Source: an uncultured delta proteobacterium (GTDB lineage Bacteria; Desulfobacterota; Desulfuromonadia; Geobacterales; DSM-12255). From it: a stretch of 64,000 nucleotides of DNA. A program made the translations under genes and the position numbers. Numbering within the stretch: the first letter of the stretch is position 1; each line of letters opens with the position of its first letter. Below are positions 44,029 through 54,681 of the stretch, piece by piece. The stretch is from positions 608,001 through 672,000 of the forward strand of contig CAWBBV010000001.1 in the NCBI GenBank assembly GCA_963787125.1, written 5' to 3'. The notes beneath the pieces are model-generated. The model was not told where the DNA came from, ran no database searches, and worked only from the letters and a program-made list of their open reading frames with translations.

Positions 44029-44700
44029 TTAAATGCTTTCGGAGATAAATTTTTCGATCGAACTTTTGTGCTCTGGCAAAAGAGAAGTGAATCTGATTCC
44101 GCACTGGTGTTTTCCGTCCAGCGTAACCACGGTTCTTGCAATCTCGCCATCAACGGTTATATGTGCCGATCCCGGAAGAAAAAAGGAGCAGTTAAGCTGA
44201 TTGCCAACCAAGAGTTTACGATCAGTTTCGATAAGCATTCCAGAATCACTTATATTCTGCGATGTGCAGAAAAATACCGCATCATCCTTTGATCCCTTCA
44301 CTTTTGCTCTTAGAAGTACCCGATATCCTCTTCTCACCGCGATAGTCAGCAGTTTTTCTACATGTTCGAGTAGTACCCTGGCGCTAAACGGTTTTTTAAG
44401 GCAGATATTGGCGCCGCAGTTTTTGGCGCGTTGTAACTCTGCCGGCTTGTCGTGGCAGACAATGATGAAAGAGACTTCCCTGGATACGCTCTCTTCACGG
44501 AGGCGTGTGCAGAGGAGATCACCGCCCATCTCTGGCAGGTCCAGATCTGAGACAATGAGGTCTACGTTCTCCTGGCGATGAATTTGTAGGGCTACCATGG
44601 CGGACGGCGCCATCAAAACCTGAAACTCTTTTCTGTCAAGCAGGCTCTTGCCCTCATCAAAAAAATAGCGTGATGAATTAATTAGAAGAATTTTTTTCAT
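44029..44700 (-). CDS. Atypical receiver + PilZ domain protein
   Basis: SDLDLPEMGG REC; RRGYRV and NISDSG PilZ motifs. Confidence 0.85.
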   Translation of the reverse strand: MKKILLINSSRYFFDEGKSLLDRKEFQVLMAPSAMVALQIHRQENVDLIVSDLDLPEMGGDLLCTRLREESVSREVSFIIVCHDKPAELQRAKNCGANICLKKPFSARVLLEHVEKLLTIAVRRGYRVLLRAKVKGSKDDAVFFCTSQNISDSGMLIETDRKLLVGNQLNCSFFLPGSAHITVDGEIARTVVTLDGKHQCGIRFTSLLPEHKSSIEKFISESI

Positions 44701-44834
44701 ATGAGCTCAGTTATATCTGGAAGCTGTCAGCAAAGTCAAGCAGGCAGCAGATATTGAACAGGGCTTCACTTCATCAGGAAGCCCCTCAATTTAAATATTT
44801 TACGACAAGCTTGCATAAGCTTATCGGTCCAATG

Positions 44835-47342
44835 TTATTTGACGACAAAAGCCGGCGTTGGTTCAAGCCCCCAGATGTCGCTGTTGTATTCTGAAATAGT
44901 CCTGTCAGTTGAAAAGCGACCACTCTTGGCACTGTTGATAATGCTCATTTTTACCCAACGCTCCTCGTTCCGATACGCTTTTGCCACCTGTTCCTGAGCA
45001 GCAACGTATGAAGTGAAGTCAGCTGCAGTCAGCCAGGGATCGTAAGGACTTTTTATGGCGTTGATGATCGGGTCGAAAAGACCTGGCTCAAACATATTGA
45101 AATGTCTGCTCTGCAGAAGATTGAATACACGCTTGAGATTAAGGTCAGCAGCAATAATCTGTTCCGGATCGTAATGCCTTCTGGTATTTTCAACCTCTTC
45201 AGCAGTCAGGCCGAACATGAAGAAATTGTCATCTCCCACCTCTTCCAGAATCTCTATATTTGCTCCGTCCAGCGTCCCGATGGTGAGCGCGCCATTCATC
45301 ATGAATTTCATGTTGCCAGTGCCGGAAGCTTCTTTGCCGGCAGTTGAGATCTGCTCGGAGAGGTCAGTGCCGGGACAGATGATCTCCATGGCGCTCACCC
45401 GGTAGTTTGGCAGGAACGCCACCTTCAACCGATCCCCGACGTCCGGATCACTGTTCACCACTTGGGCGATATTGCTCACTAGCTTGATTATCAACTTTGC
45501 CATGAAGTAGCCAGGTGCAGCTTTGCCGCCGATAAGAACGCAGCGGTTGGTCCACTCCGCTGTATCGCCCCGTTTTATCCGGTCATAAAGGTGAATGACA
45601 TGAAGCGTGTTAAGTAATTGGCGTTTATACTCATGAATTCTTTTTACCTGTACGTCGAAAAGAGAATCCGGATTAAAAACAACACCGCAGTCATCGTAAA
45701 CGAGTGTGGCAAGCCGCTCCTTGTTCTTTCGCTTGACAGCCTGCCAGCGATTACGGAATTCAGGCTGCTCTGCGAGTGGAATTATGGCTGAGATCTCCTG
45801 GAGATCCTTTACCCAGCCACTGCCGATAGATTCGGCAAGCAGAGCCCGGAGCCCGGGATTGCACCACGAAAGCCAACGTCGTGGGGTTACACCGTTAGTC
45901 TTGTTGTTGAATTTATTTGGCCAGAGCTCATAGAAATCTCTGAAAAGCCCTTCCGCAAGGAGTTTCGAATGGAGCGCAGCGACTCCGTTCACCGAGAAAC
46001 TGCCGACTATTGCCAGGTACGCCATTCTCACCTGCGGGGAGGCACCCTCTTCAATGATCGACATTTTTCGCTGACGATCAATATCTCCGGGCCAATGGTT
46101 GGCAACTTCTGCCATAAAACGGGCGTTGAGCTCCAGGATTATGTCGAGGATTCGTGGCAGCAGCCTTCTGAAAAGCTCCAGGGGCCATTTTTCCAGCGCC
46201 TCTGGTAATAGCGTGTGATTGGTGTACGCCATCGTTTTGCTTGTAATTTTCCAGGCGTCGTCCCAACTTAACCTGTGTTCATCCATGAGCAACCGCATCA
46301 ATTCGGGCACCGCACAGCTTGGATGGGTATCATTGAGCTGAAAGACGTTTTTATCGGCGAATCCCGTGAAATCACCCTTTTTTACAATCAACCAGCGGGC
46401 AATGACATCCTGAAGGCTTGCTGAAGCTAGAAAATACTGTTGTTTGAGCCTGAGCTCCTTGCCGTTTTCGCTGGCATCATTTGGATAAAGAACCATGGTA
46501 ATGTTTTCAGCGGCATTCTTGGTGGCAACAGATTCAGGGTAGCTGCCCGCATTGAACTCGCCCAGGTCGAACTCGTCAGTTGCTGCCGCCTTCCAGAGCC
46601 TCAGCGTGTTGACAGTACCGTTCATGTAGCCAGGAACAGGGATGTCATAGGGGACTGCCAGAACATCAAGGGCGTCTACCCAGCGGACGCGAGTTTTGCC
46701 TTCAGCATCATTATAAAACTCGCTTCTACCGCCATAATGAATTTTCTGGCTGTATTCAGGGCGTGCAAGCTCCCATGGATTGCTGCCGCTGAGCCAGTGA
46801 TCAGGCTCTTCCACCTGCCTGCCATTCTCGATCTTCTGGCGAAACATGCCGTACTCATAGCGAATGCCATAACCGGTAACAGGGAGCTGAAGTGTGGCGC
46901 AACTATCGAGGAAGCAGGCCGCCAGTCTTCCCAGGCCGCCATTACCAAGCCCGGCATCATGTTCTGCCTCGACCAGATCTTCAAGATCAAGGCAGACAGA
47001 GTGGAGCGCAGCGCCTATCTCTTCTGTTATCCCCAGACTTAAGGCGGCATTGCCGAGAGTCCGTCCCATAAGGAATTCAAGTGACAGGTAGTAACCCCGC
47101 TTGCAATCACTCTCTTCGTAGGCGTAGCGGGTGTTTTTCCAACGCTCCATAAGCCGGTCGCGTATCGTCAGTGCCAAAGCAACATAGCGATAGTGAGCCG
47201 AGCAACAGTATTTGTCACGGCCGAGATTGTGAGTGTAGTAATGGCGAAACCCTCTGGTGATACCGGCAACATCCATTGCCAGTGCCGGGGCGTCGGTAAG
47301 TGAATGGCTGTAGATTTTCTTCCGAATTTTTATAGCGCTCAT
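44835..47342 (-). CDS. glgP: Glycogen/maltodextrin phosphorylase
   Basis: LGNGGLGRLAACF, QLNDTHP, KRIHEYKRQ, EASGTGNMK. Confidence 0.98.
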   Translation of the reverse strand: MSAIKIRKKIYSHSLTDAPALAMDVAGITRGFRHYYTHNLGRDKYCCSAHYRYVALALTIRDRLMERWKNTRYAYEESDCKRGYYLSLEFLMGRTLGNAALSLGITEEIGAALHSVCLDLEDLVEAEHDAGLGNGGLGRLAACFLDSCATLQLPVTGYGIRYEYGMFRQKIENGRQVEEPDHWLSGSNPWELARPEYSQKIHYGGRSEFYNDAEGKTRVRWVDALDVLAVPYDIPVPGYMNGTVNTLRLWKAAATDEFDLGEFNAGSYPESVATKNAAENITMVLYPNDASENGKELRLKQQYFLASASLQDVIARWLIVKKGDFTGFADKNVFQLNDTHPSCAVPELMRLLMDEHRLSWDDAWKITSKTMAYTNHTLLPEALEKWPLELFRRLLPRILDIILELNARFMAEVANHWPGDIDRQRKMSIIEEGASPQVRMAYLAIVGSFSVNGVAALHSKLLAEGLFRDFYELWPNKFNNKTNGVTPRRWLSWCNPGLRALLAESIGSGWVKDLQEISAIIPLAEQPEFRNRWQAVKRKNKERLATLVYDDCGVVFNPDSLFDVQVKRIHEYKRQLLNTLHVIHLYDRIKRGDTAEWTNRCVLIGGKAAPGYFMAKLIIKLVSNIAQVVNSDPDVGDRLKVAFLPNYRVSAMEIICPGTDLSEQISTAGKEASGTGNMKFMMNGALTIGTLDGANIEILEEVGDDNFFMFGLTAEEVENTRRHYDPEQIIAADLNLKRVFNLLQSRHFNMFEPGLFDPIINAIKSPYDPWLTAADFTSYVAAQEQVAKAYRNEERWVKMSIINSAKSGRFSTDRTISEYNSDIWGLEPTPAFVVK

Positions 47343-47533
47343 CCGTTTTTGTCCTTTTTGGGTAAAATAGAAGTTATTTCAATAGTTTCCGACAGAAAAA
47401 ATAACCTAATTAATGTACGTATCCTGATTTTCAGGGTTAAGTCGCTGTTTTCTGATAGTATAACGCCACTGGCAAGATTTTCATCTTACATCTTTTTATT
47501 GTTTAGGGTAATTTTTACATCAAAGGAGTCACC

Positions 47534-48001
47534 GTGACTAATCTTATCACAGCTGAAGGGCTGAATAAATTGCAGGATGATTTCGATTATCTCTGGAAAG
47601 TGGAGCGGCCGAAAGTTGTCCAAGGAGTTTCTGACGCCGCTGCCGAAGGAGATCGTTCGGAAAATGCAGAATATATTTACGGCAAGAAGCGCTTGCGGGA
47701 GATAGACCGGAAACTGAAACATCTTAGCAGCAGGCTGAAACTGCTTAAAGTGGCTGCTCCGCCGGCAAACCCGCACTCAGTATCGTTTGGCTGCTGGGTC
47801 ACCTATGAAGAGGAAGATGGCACCGAACGCTGCTACCAACTGGTAGGCGCCGACGAGTTCGATGTGACCCTTGGCAGAATCAGCGTCGACTCCCCAGTCG
47901 GGCAGGCGCTTCTGCAAAAGAAGGTGGACGACGAAGTAACCATCCGTCGCCCTTCCGGCGAACTTGTGGTGGTAGTAACCGGGATCAGGGGCGCAGCTTA
48001 G
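47534..48001 (+). CDS. greB: Transcription elongation factor GreB
   Basis: LWKVERP, GDRSENAEYIYGKKRLREIDR. Confidence 0.95.
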   Translation: MTNLITAEGLNKLQDDFDYLWKVERPKVVQGVSDAAAEGDRSENAEYIYGKKRLREIDRKLKHLSSRLKLLKVAAPPANPHSVSFGCWVTYEEEDGTERCYQLVGADEFDVTLGRISVDSPVGQALLQKKVDDEVTIRRPSGELVVVVTGIRGAA

Positions 48002-48075
48002 TCAAAAACACTTTCTCCGTGCACCTATAAGAGTCATGCACAGATATTAAGAGCAGGAATCAGGAAGATAGCCCC

Positions 48076-49827
48076 ATGACCATTTTGCTGCATAAATCAA
48101 GAATCGGCCAGATAGTTTCCCGAAAGGTAGTAACTGTTGCCCCGGAAACATCCCTGCAAGAAGCCATTACCCTCATGGCCAGTTCCCAAATCAGCTGTCT
48201 CGTTGTTGCCGAAAAGAAAAGGCCAATCGGTATTTTCACGGAACGGGATCTGGTCAGGGCGATTGCCCGGCGTGCCGAGATGGGCGCCAGGCCGATACGT
48301 GAACTGATGACCAGTCCGGTGGTTACCATTCATGGCAATCTGAGCCTGTATGAAGCGTACAGTATCATGCTTTCCAATAAAATCCGTCACCATGTAGTGG
48401 TTGATCATACCGGCAAGATTATGGGGGTCATGAGCCAGTCCGATCTGATCAACGTGCTCGGTCTGGAATATTTTGTGGAAATGCGTCTGATTGACCAGAT
48501 TATGACCAAAACCGTCATGACAATACCGCTGCAGCTACCACTCTGCGAAGCCCTGACGAGGATGGCCGCCGCCGGGATCAGCTGCGTCGTGGTCGTGAAC
48601 GGCAAATCTCCCGTCGGTATTCTGACCGAACGGGATGCAGTCAGGTTGGTGGCCGAGGGGGTCGATCCGGATTCGGTGCTGATTGGTTCGCTCATGAGCA
48701 GGCCGGTACTGACAGTGCCTCTAGGTGCAACACTCCACAGGGTCGCTCTGCTCATGAAGCAGGAGCGAATCCGTCACATAGTGGTAGTAGATGCCAAAGG
48801 CGAAATCAACGGCATTGTCACTCAGACTGATATCGTCAAGGGTTTGGAAGGGAAATACATCGAGGCGCTGAAGGAGATCATCCGGGAAAAGGAGGATATC
48901 TTCCGCCAGACCGCCCAGGAGCTGCTCGACAAGACCTTTTACCTGGACAACATTCTCAACTCCTCCATCGACATGGCTATTGTTGCCACTGATAGTGATT
49001 TCCACATTAAATATTTCAACCCGGTTGCGGAAAAAGTGTTCAATAGAAGTCCGGCGAGCGCCATCGGTCGTTCTGCCCTGGAACTGAATGACCTGAAGGG
49101 TGCTGCCGGTTCCTATCTGGAACGGGCTTTGAAGATTGTTCGCCGCCGGGGCAAGCACGATTTTGCCACGGAAATCACGCGCAAAGGTCAGACCCGTTAC
49201 TACCAGGGCTCCCTCTCCAGCATTCTCGACCGGCAGAAAAAACTGGTCGGTTACGTCCTGATGCTGCAAGACGTCTCAGAGCGGCGGCAGCAGGAGCGAA
49301 CCATTCATCATATGGCCTATCACGATTCCCTGACCGGCCTCCCCAACCGGGTTCTGCTGGCTGATCGCCTCAATCAGTCACTGGCAGCGGCAAAACGGAA
49401 CTCCGCTGCCGGGGCGCTGATGATTCTCGACCTTGATCGGTTCAAAGATATCAACGACACACTTGGTCACAGTACTGGCGACGAACTGCTTAAAGCTGTC
49501 AGCACCAGACTGACAGAACTGCTGCGCAAGAGTGATACCGTCTCGCGCATGGGCGGCGACGAGTTTGTGCTGCTACTGCCGATAATTGCCAGCAGTGAAA
49601 GTTCGGCACTGATTGCTGCCAAGATCGTCCGGGCCTTCCGCAAACCGTTTTTCTGTGACGGCCATACCCTGAATGTGACGACCAGTATCGGCATTGCCAA
49701 TTTTCCTGCGGATGGCGAGGACGCGGGGACCGTCCTGAAAAATGCCGATATCGCACTCTACCGGGTCAAAGAGACCGGCCGGGACAATTTTCAGCGGTAT
49801 ACGCAAACCGGGTTAAATGGAGAATAA
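48076..49827 (+). CDS. Diguanylate cyclase with two CBS pairs and a PAS domain
   Basis: GIFTERD / GILTERD CBS repeats; [15 protein letters not shown]-site; GGDEF. Confidence 0.93.
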   Translation: MTILLHKSRIGQIVSRKVVTVAPETSLQEAITLMASSQISCLVVAEKKRPIGIFTERDLVRAIARRAEMGARPIRELMTSPVVTIHGNLSLYEAYSIMLSNKIRHHVVVDHTGKIMGVMSQSDLINVLGLEYFVEMRLIDQIMTKTVMTIPLQLPLCEALTRMAAAGISCVVVVNGKSPVGILTERDAVRLVAEGVDPDSVLIGSLMSRPVLTVPLGATLHRVALLMKQERIRHIVVVDAKGEINGIVTQTDIVKGLEGKYIEALKEIIREKEDIFRQTAQELLDKTFYLDNILNSSIDMAIVATDSDFHIKYFNPVAEKVFNRSPASAIGRSALELNDLKGAAGSYLERALKIVRRRGKHDFATEITRKGQTRYYQGSLSSILDRQKKLVGYVLMLQDVSERRQQERTIHHMAYHDSLTGLPNRVLLADRLNQSLAAAKRNSAAGALMILDLDRFKDINDTLGHSTGDELLKAVSTRLTELLRKSDTVSRMGGDEFVLLLPIIASSESSALIAAKIVRAFRKPFFCDGHTLNVTTSIGIANFPADGEDAGTVLKNADIALYRVKETGRDNFQRYTQTGLNGE

Positions 49828-49831
49828 TTGC

Positions 49832-51238
49832 ATGACAGAACAGCCTGTGAGGTTAAAGTTGCGCAGCGAATCCGACAGTATGGGTGAAATAGAAGTTCCG
49901 GCGGATGTCTACTGGGGTGCCCAGACCCAACGAGCGCTCGTTCATTTCAGGATAGGTAACCAGCAAATGCCGCTGGAAGTGGTTCGGGCTATGGGAATCC
50001 TGAAGAAGGCTGCCGCGATCGTAAACATGGAGCTTGGACTCCTTCCGGCGGACAAAGGCGAACTGATAATCCAGGCTGCTGAGGAGGTCATCTCCGGTCT
50101 GCTTGACGATCATTTCCCGCTGCCGGTCTGGCAGACAGGCAGCGGCACCCAGAGTAACATGAATGTCAACGAAGTCATCTCCAACCGTGCCATTGAACTC
50201 TCCGGCGGCATCATGGGGAGTAAAGCCCCGATCCATCCGAACGATCATGTCAACCTGTCCCAATCCTCCAACGACACTTTCCCGACTGCCATGCATATCG
50301 CTGCCGCCCAAAGGGTTGTGAGCAGCCTGATCCCGGCTGTTACCAGGGTTCACGCTGCCATAACCTCGAAAGCAGAAGAGTTTAGCGACGTTGTCAAGAT
50401 AGGGCGGACTCACCTCCAGGATGCGGTCCCCCTGACGGTCGGCCAAGAGATGTCAGGCTGGGCCAGCCTGCTGGAGCGGGACATCAACCGCCTGCAGCTG
50501 TCAGTCGCTGGCCTGTATGACCTCGCCATCGGCGGCACCGCTGTCGGCACCGGACTGAATGCACCACCAGGTTTTGCTGAAAAGACCGCCGCCAGGATCG
50601 CCGAACTGACCGCGCTGCCTTTCCGCTCCCATCCGAACAAATTTGCCGCGCTCTCAGCTCATGACGAGCTCCTCTTTGCTCATGGAGCGGTCACCACTCT
50701 CTCTGCCTCACTGATGAAGATTGCCAATGATATTCGCTGGCTCGCTTCCGGCCCCCGGTGCGGCCTGGGAGAGCTGCTGCTTCCGGAAAACGAGCCGGGC
50801 TCATCCATCATGCCCGGAAAGATAAACCCGACCCAGTGTGAAGCCCAGACCATGGTCTGCGTTCAGGTACATGGCAACAATTCCGCAATTGCCTTTGCCG
50901 GCAGTCAGGGGAATTTCGAGCTGAACGTCTTCAAGCCGGTTATCATTCATAACTTTCTCCAGTCGGTAAACCTGCTGACCGACGCCTGTCACTCCTTTGT
51001 CGAGCATCTTCTGGAAGGTCTGACCATCAACCGGGAGCAGATACAAAATCATCTTGATAATTCACTGATGCTCGTTACCGCACTGTCCCCAAAACTTGGC
51101 TATGACCGGGCGGCAAAAATCGCCCATACCGCTCTGCACGCCGGCCTGACGCTCCGTGAGGCCTGTTTGCAGCTGGGTTTTCTGACGGGAGAGGCGTTTG
51201 ATGAGTTAGTGAAGCCGGAGGAGATGACAGGCCGCTAA
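49832..51238 (+). CDS. fumC: Class II fumarate hydratase
   Basis: [39 protein letters not shown] before ATG 49832 (alternative 49817). Confidence 0.97.
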   Translation: MTEQPVRLKLRSESDSMGEIEVPADVYWGAQTQRALVHFRIGNQQMPLEVVRAMGILKKAAAIVNMELGLLPADKGELIIQAAEEVISGLLDDHFPLPVWQTGSGTQSNMNVNEVISNRAIELSGGIMGSKAPIHPNDHVNLSQSSNDTFPTAMHIAAAQRVVSSLIPAVTRVHAAITSKAEEFSDVVKIGRTHLQDAVPLTVGQEMSGWASLLERDINRLQLSVAGLYDLAIGGTAVGTGLNAPPGFAEKTAARIAELTALPFRSHPNKFAALSAHDELLFAHGAVTTLSASLMKIANDIRWLASGPRCGLGELLLPENEPGSSIMPGKINPTQCEAQTMVCVQVHGNNSAIAFAGSQGNFELNVFKPVIIHNFLQSVNLLTDACHSFVEHLLEGLTINREQIQNHLDNSLMLVTALSPKLGYDRAAKIAHTALHAGLTLREACLQLGFLTGEAFDELVKPEEMTGR

Positions 51239-51279
51239 AAATAGCTGTAACGCTGTTGCAGCAATCGTTACAGCTATTT
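51238..51279 (+). terminator. Hairpin terminator after fumC
   Basis: AAATAGCTGTAACG...CGTTACAGCTATTT. Confidence 0.7.
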
Positions 51280-51286
51280 ATTGCTA

Positions 51287-51320
51287 ATGACACAATATTG
51301 TAACATTTTTCTGTCAGCAT
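51287..51320 (+). promoter_or_regulatory. Pho-box promoter of phoBR
   Basis: ATGACAC-AATA-TTGTAAC-N10-CAGCAT. Confidence 0.65.
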
Positions 51321-51340
51321 GACTGCTGAGGTCCGAACTG

Positions 51341-52018
51341 ATGAAAGTCGTTATTATTGAAGATGAAAAAGATCTGGCCGAACTGCTTGCGTTCAATCTT
51401 GAAAAAGAGGGTTGGCAGACGCTCATAGCCCTTGACGGTAAATCCGGCTTGGAGCGAGTCTCAGCTGAACTTCCTGACATTGTAATTCTGGATCTGATGT
51501 TGCCGGAGATAAGCGGCACAGAGGTCTGCAAGCAGCTCAGGAAGCAGGCAAGCACCGCTGCAATCCCGATCATTATGGTTACCGCCAAGGGGGAAGAGAT
51601 TGACAGGGTCGTCGGCTTTGAGGTCGGCGCCGATGATTATCTGGTCAAGCCATTTTCTTCTCGGGAGCTTTTGCTCAGGATTAAAGCCATTCTGCGTCGT
51701 TCAACCGCAGAAATAAAAACTGAAAAAAATCTTGTCCTTGGGTGCGTAGAAATTGATCCTTCGCGGCACACGGTCCTGGTAAGCAGGGAAGAAATCGTAC
51801 TTACTTCAACGGAATACAAACTGCTGGTTACCCTGGCAGAGCGCCCCGGCAGGGTTCAGAGCCGTGAACGCCTGCTGCAGGACGTTTGGGGGTACAGCAG
51901 TGACGCCGATACCCGCACGGTGGATACCCACATAACCCGCTTGCGGGGCAAACTTGGCGAGGCCGGCGAGATGATAATAACCGTGCGCGGCTTCGGCTAC
52001 AAAATGGAATGCCGATGA
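51341..52018 (+). CDS. phoB: Phosphate regulon response regulator (OmpR family)
   Basis: LDLMLP, GEEIDRVVGFEVGADDY, TRTVDTHITRLR, TVRGFGY; near pst genes. Confidence 0.92.
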   Translation: MKVVIIEDEKDLAELLAFNLEKEGWQTLIALDGKSGLERVSAELPDIVILDLMLPEISGTEVCKQLRKQASTAAIPIIMVTAKGEEIDRVVGFEVGADDYLVKPFSSRELLLRIKAILRRSTAEIKTEKNLVLGCVEIDPSRHTVLVSREEIVLTSTEYKLLVTLAERPGRVQSRERLLQDVWGYSSDADTRTVDTHITRLRGKLGEAGEMIITVRGFGYKMECR

Positions 52019-53793
52019 GAATATCTTTCCGCTTCAAGCTGATGATCTCTTATCTTCTTATCCTTCTGGTGATGGGGGGATCGGTTTATTTTTATCTCAA
52101 CCGCACTCTGCAGAGCTCTTTTGTCACCTCGCTGACAGATAATCTTTTAAGCCAGACCAGGCTGGCAGCGTTAATGTTGGGCCGGAACCTGAATAGTCTG
52201 GAAACGGATGCGCCCCCCCTGGCCGCTCAACTGGGGAAAACTCTTACCGCACGAGTCACGATAATTGCAGCGAATGGCACCGTTGCCGGTGATTCGGAAG
52301 TCGCTCCGGCCCAGCTGCACGAGCTGGAAAATCATCTGGGCAGACCCGAGGTTCAAGATGCCTTGATGCACGGTACAGGTAGAGCCGTCCGCTACTCCGC
52401 GACACTTAGACATGAAATGCTCTACACCGCTGCCACCTTCGGCAATAACGGTCATGTTGCCGGTATTGTCAGACTGGCACTGCCACTTTCGGCCCTGCAA
52501 AGCGTTCGCAGCGGCTTGCACCAGACGCTCGGCAGCGCCCTCCTGTTATCTTTTCTTTTGACGCTGATCTTCAGCTATATTCTTTCCCGCCTCACTTCGC
52601 GCCCGTTGCAGCAGGTTGCGGCCATTGCCAAAGAGATCGGCAAGGGTAACTTCAACCGGCGCCTGCCGGCAGAATGGCATGATGAACTTGGGGATCTTGC
52701 CGGCATCATGAATGATATGGCGGCCAAGCTGGATGAACAACTTTCACGGTTGACCGCCGAGCGTAACCGGCTTGATGCGATTCTTTCCGGTATGGGCGAA
52801 GGATTGATGGTGACGGACAAGAGCGGCAGGGTGGCGCTGGTTAATCCGGCGTTCTGTGAGTTGTTCAGAGTGAATGAGGGGGTGGTCGGCACCCCTTTAA
52901 GTCATATTTCCCGGCACCCGGCGCTGCTCGCAGCGTATGATCTAGTCAGGAGCGACAAACGCGAGCTGCAGCAGGAGATGACCGTCCAGACCCCTGAGGA
53001 GAGGTTTCTCAGCACCCACTGGGTTCCGCTATTGGCTGAAAGCGGCATGCAGGGAGTCGTCGCGGTTTTCCATGATGTGACGGATCTGAAACGGCTGGAA
53101 AATATCCGCCGGGATTTTGTTGCTAATGTTTCTCACGAACTCCGCACCCCGGTTACCGTTATCAAGGGTTATTCAGAAACCCTCCTTGACGGGCTTATAA
53201 TTGAGCAACCGGAAAAAGCGACAGAGTTTGTCAGAATAATCCTCAGCCACTCCGAAAGACTGGCCGCACTCTTGAACGATCTCTTAAGTCTCTCTGAGAT
53301 GGAGTCCCCGGCTTTTTCATTCCAGATGAACTCGATCTCTATTGAAGGGACCGTCCGTAAGGTTTGTACGCTGTTGCAAAGCAAGGCAGCCGCCAAAGAG
53401 GTCAGCATCAGCAGCTCTGGTCTTGGGTCACTTTCGTCTGTCATGGCCGATCAGGGGAGACTTGAACAGGTACTGGTCAATTTACTCGATAATGCTGTCA
53501 AGTACTCAGCAGTAGGTGGAAGGATCTTTATAGCCGCCCATGAAGAAGCCGATCATGTTCGGATTTCAGTTAGCGATACCGGTCCGGGAATCCCGGCTGC
53601 CAGTATTCCCCGACTATTTGAGCGGTTCTACCGGGTCGATTCGGGCAGAAGTCGCAACGAGGGTGGAACCGGGCTTGGACTTGCAATCGTCAAGCATATT
53701 GTCCAGTTGCATGGCGGGACAGTCTGGGTTGAAAACAATGTCGCGGGGCCAGGCGCTACCTTCAATTTCACCTTGAAAAAAGTGATCACGTAA
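52015..53793 (+). CDS. phoR: Phosphate regulon sensor kinase
   Basis: ENHLGRPEV, HAMP, PAS, RRDFVANVSHELRTP, FERFYRVD, GGTGLGLAIVKH. Confidence 0.92.
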   Translation: MRISFRFKLMISYLLILLVMGGSVYFYLNRTLQSSFVTSLTDNLLSQTRLAALMLGRNLNSLETDAPPLAAQLGKTLTARVTIIAANGTVAGDSEVAPAQLHELENHLGRPEVQDALMHGTGRAVRYSATLRHEMLYTAATFGNNGHVAGIVRLALPLSALQSVRSGLHQTLGSALLLSFLLTLIFSYILSRLTSRPLQQVAAIAKEIGKGNFNRRLPAEWHDELGDLAGIMNDMAAKLDEQLSRLTAERNRLDAILSGMGEGLMVTDKSGRVALVNPAFCELFRVNEGVVGTPLSHISRHPALLAAYDLVRSDKRELQQEMTVQTPEERFLSTHWVPLLAESGMQGVVAVFHDVTDLKRLENIRRDFVANVSHELRTPVTVIKGYSETLLDGLIIEQPEKATEFVRIILSHSERLAALLNDLLSLSEMESPAFSFQMNSISIEGTVRKVCTLLQSKAAAKEVSISSSGLGSLSSVMADQGRLEQVLVNLLDNAVKYSAVGGRIFIAAHEEADHVRISVSDTGPGIPAASIPRLFERFYRVDSGRSRNEGGTGLGLAIVKHIVQLHGGTVWVENNVAGPGATFNFTLKKVIT

Positions 53794-53882
53794 CCCGGAT
53801 AAACTTGATAAGTGGGATAGCAACGTTATTTTCTGCCAGAAAAGCGCAGTAAAAACGGCTAGATCACTAAAAGCGGGTTAAA

Positions 53883-54164
53883 TCAGCTCTCTTCTTCATA
53901 GATATCGATAAAAACTTTCTTGTCGATCCGGTCGAGTCCTTTTGCCATCAACCGCAGGCCGAACATTATCAGTACCAGTCCGAAAAATGCGAACACCGGG
54001 TCTCTCCAGGCAAGTGCCATTATACCGATAACGGTGTAGCCTATCCCGAGTTTCTGGCAACGATCCTGCTTGTCTTCCCCTTTACGGCTGGAGCTGAACC
54101 GGTAAATCTGGTAGCAGATAATTAGCAGCGGGATAATAACGAGCAACTGAAAGAAAAGTACCAT
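53883..54164 (-). CDS. Small membrane protein of unknown function (about 3 TM)
   Basis: SD GGAG before MVLFFQLLVII; hydrophobic segments. Confidence 0.6.
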   Translation of the reverse strand: MVLFFQLLVIIPLLIICYQIYRFSSSRKGEDKQDRCQKLGIGYTVIGIMALAWRDPVFAFFGLVLIMFGLRLMAKGLDRIDKKVFIDIYEEES

Positions 54165-54376
54165 AATGCTTCTCCGATATATTTTGTTGATTGTTAAAAT
54201 ATAACTATCAGTTTTTAATCTAGTGTAGCCTTTATACTCCCCACTGCGAGGCAATGCAAGTGTAAGTTGCTGATTTCATGTATTTTGCATGTGTGAGGCG
54301 ACAGTTATCTCAGCTTCCCGCCTATCCCAAGCTCCAATTGATCCGCACCAGCACTCTTTGCATAATTTTTTAAAAC

Positions 54377-54410
54377 CTGTAACTGATCCGCAACATCTCC
54401 ATTCTATGCT
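54377..54410 (+). promoter_or_regulatory. Pho-box promoter of the Cys-protein / psiE-like operon
   Basis: CTGTAAC-TGAT-CCGCAAC-N10-TATGCT. Confidence 0.65.
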
Positions 54411-54443
54411 GCCTATAACACGAACAATATGAATGGAGGCGAT

Positions 54444-54647
54444 ATGAAACTGATTCCGTTGGGCGATTATTACGTTTGGCACTGCGACTGGTGCGATAGC
54501 ACCAACTACACGATCTGGACACGCATGGAGCTGGATGGTCTTGCCTGCGCCGCCTGTCACAAAAAAGCCACTGCTTTTAGCGAAAGCTCAGCGGCATTCA
54601 GCCGCCAGCATGGTGCTGACAGAAGCGCTAATAATCTGACACTGTAA
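54444..54647 (+). CDS. 67-aa protein with CxxC...CxxCH (zinc-ribbon-like)
   Basis: SD GGAGG; WHCDWCDS...LACAACH; no signal peptide. Confidence 0.7.
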   Translation: MKLIPLGDYYVWHCDWCDSTNYTIWTRMELDGLACAACHKKATAFSESSAAFSRQHGADRSANNLTL

Positions 54648-54681
54648 ATCTGGTGACTCTTTAGTTGTAACGGGAGGTCTT

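Noticed and set aside
54545..54560. CAACH as a c-type cytochrome
   Set aside because: No export signal; second CxxC favours zinc binding
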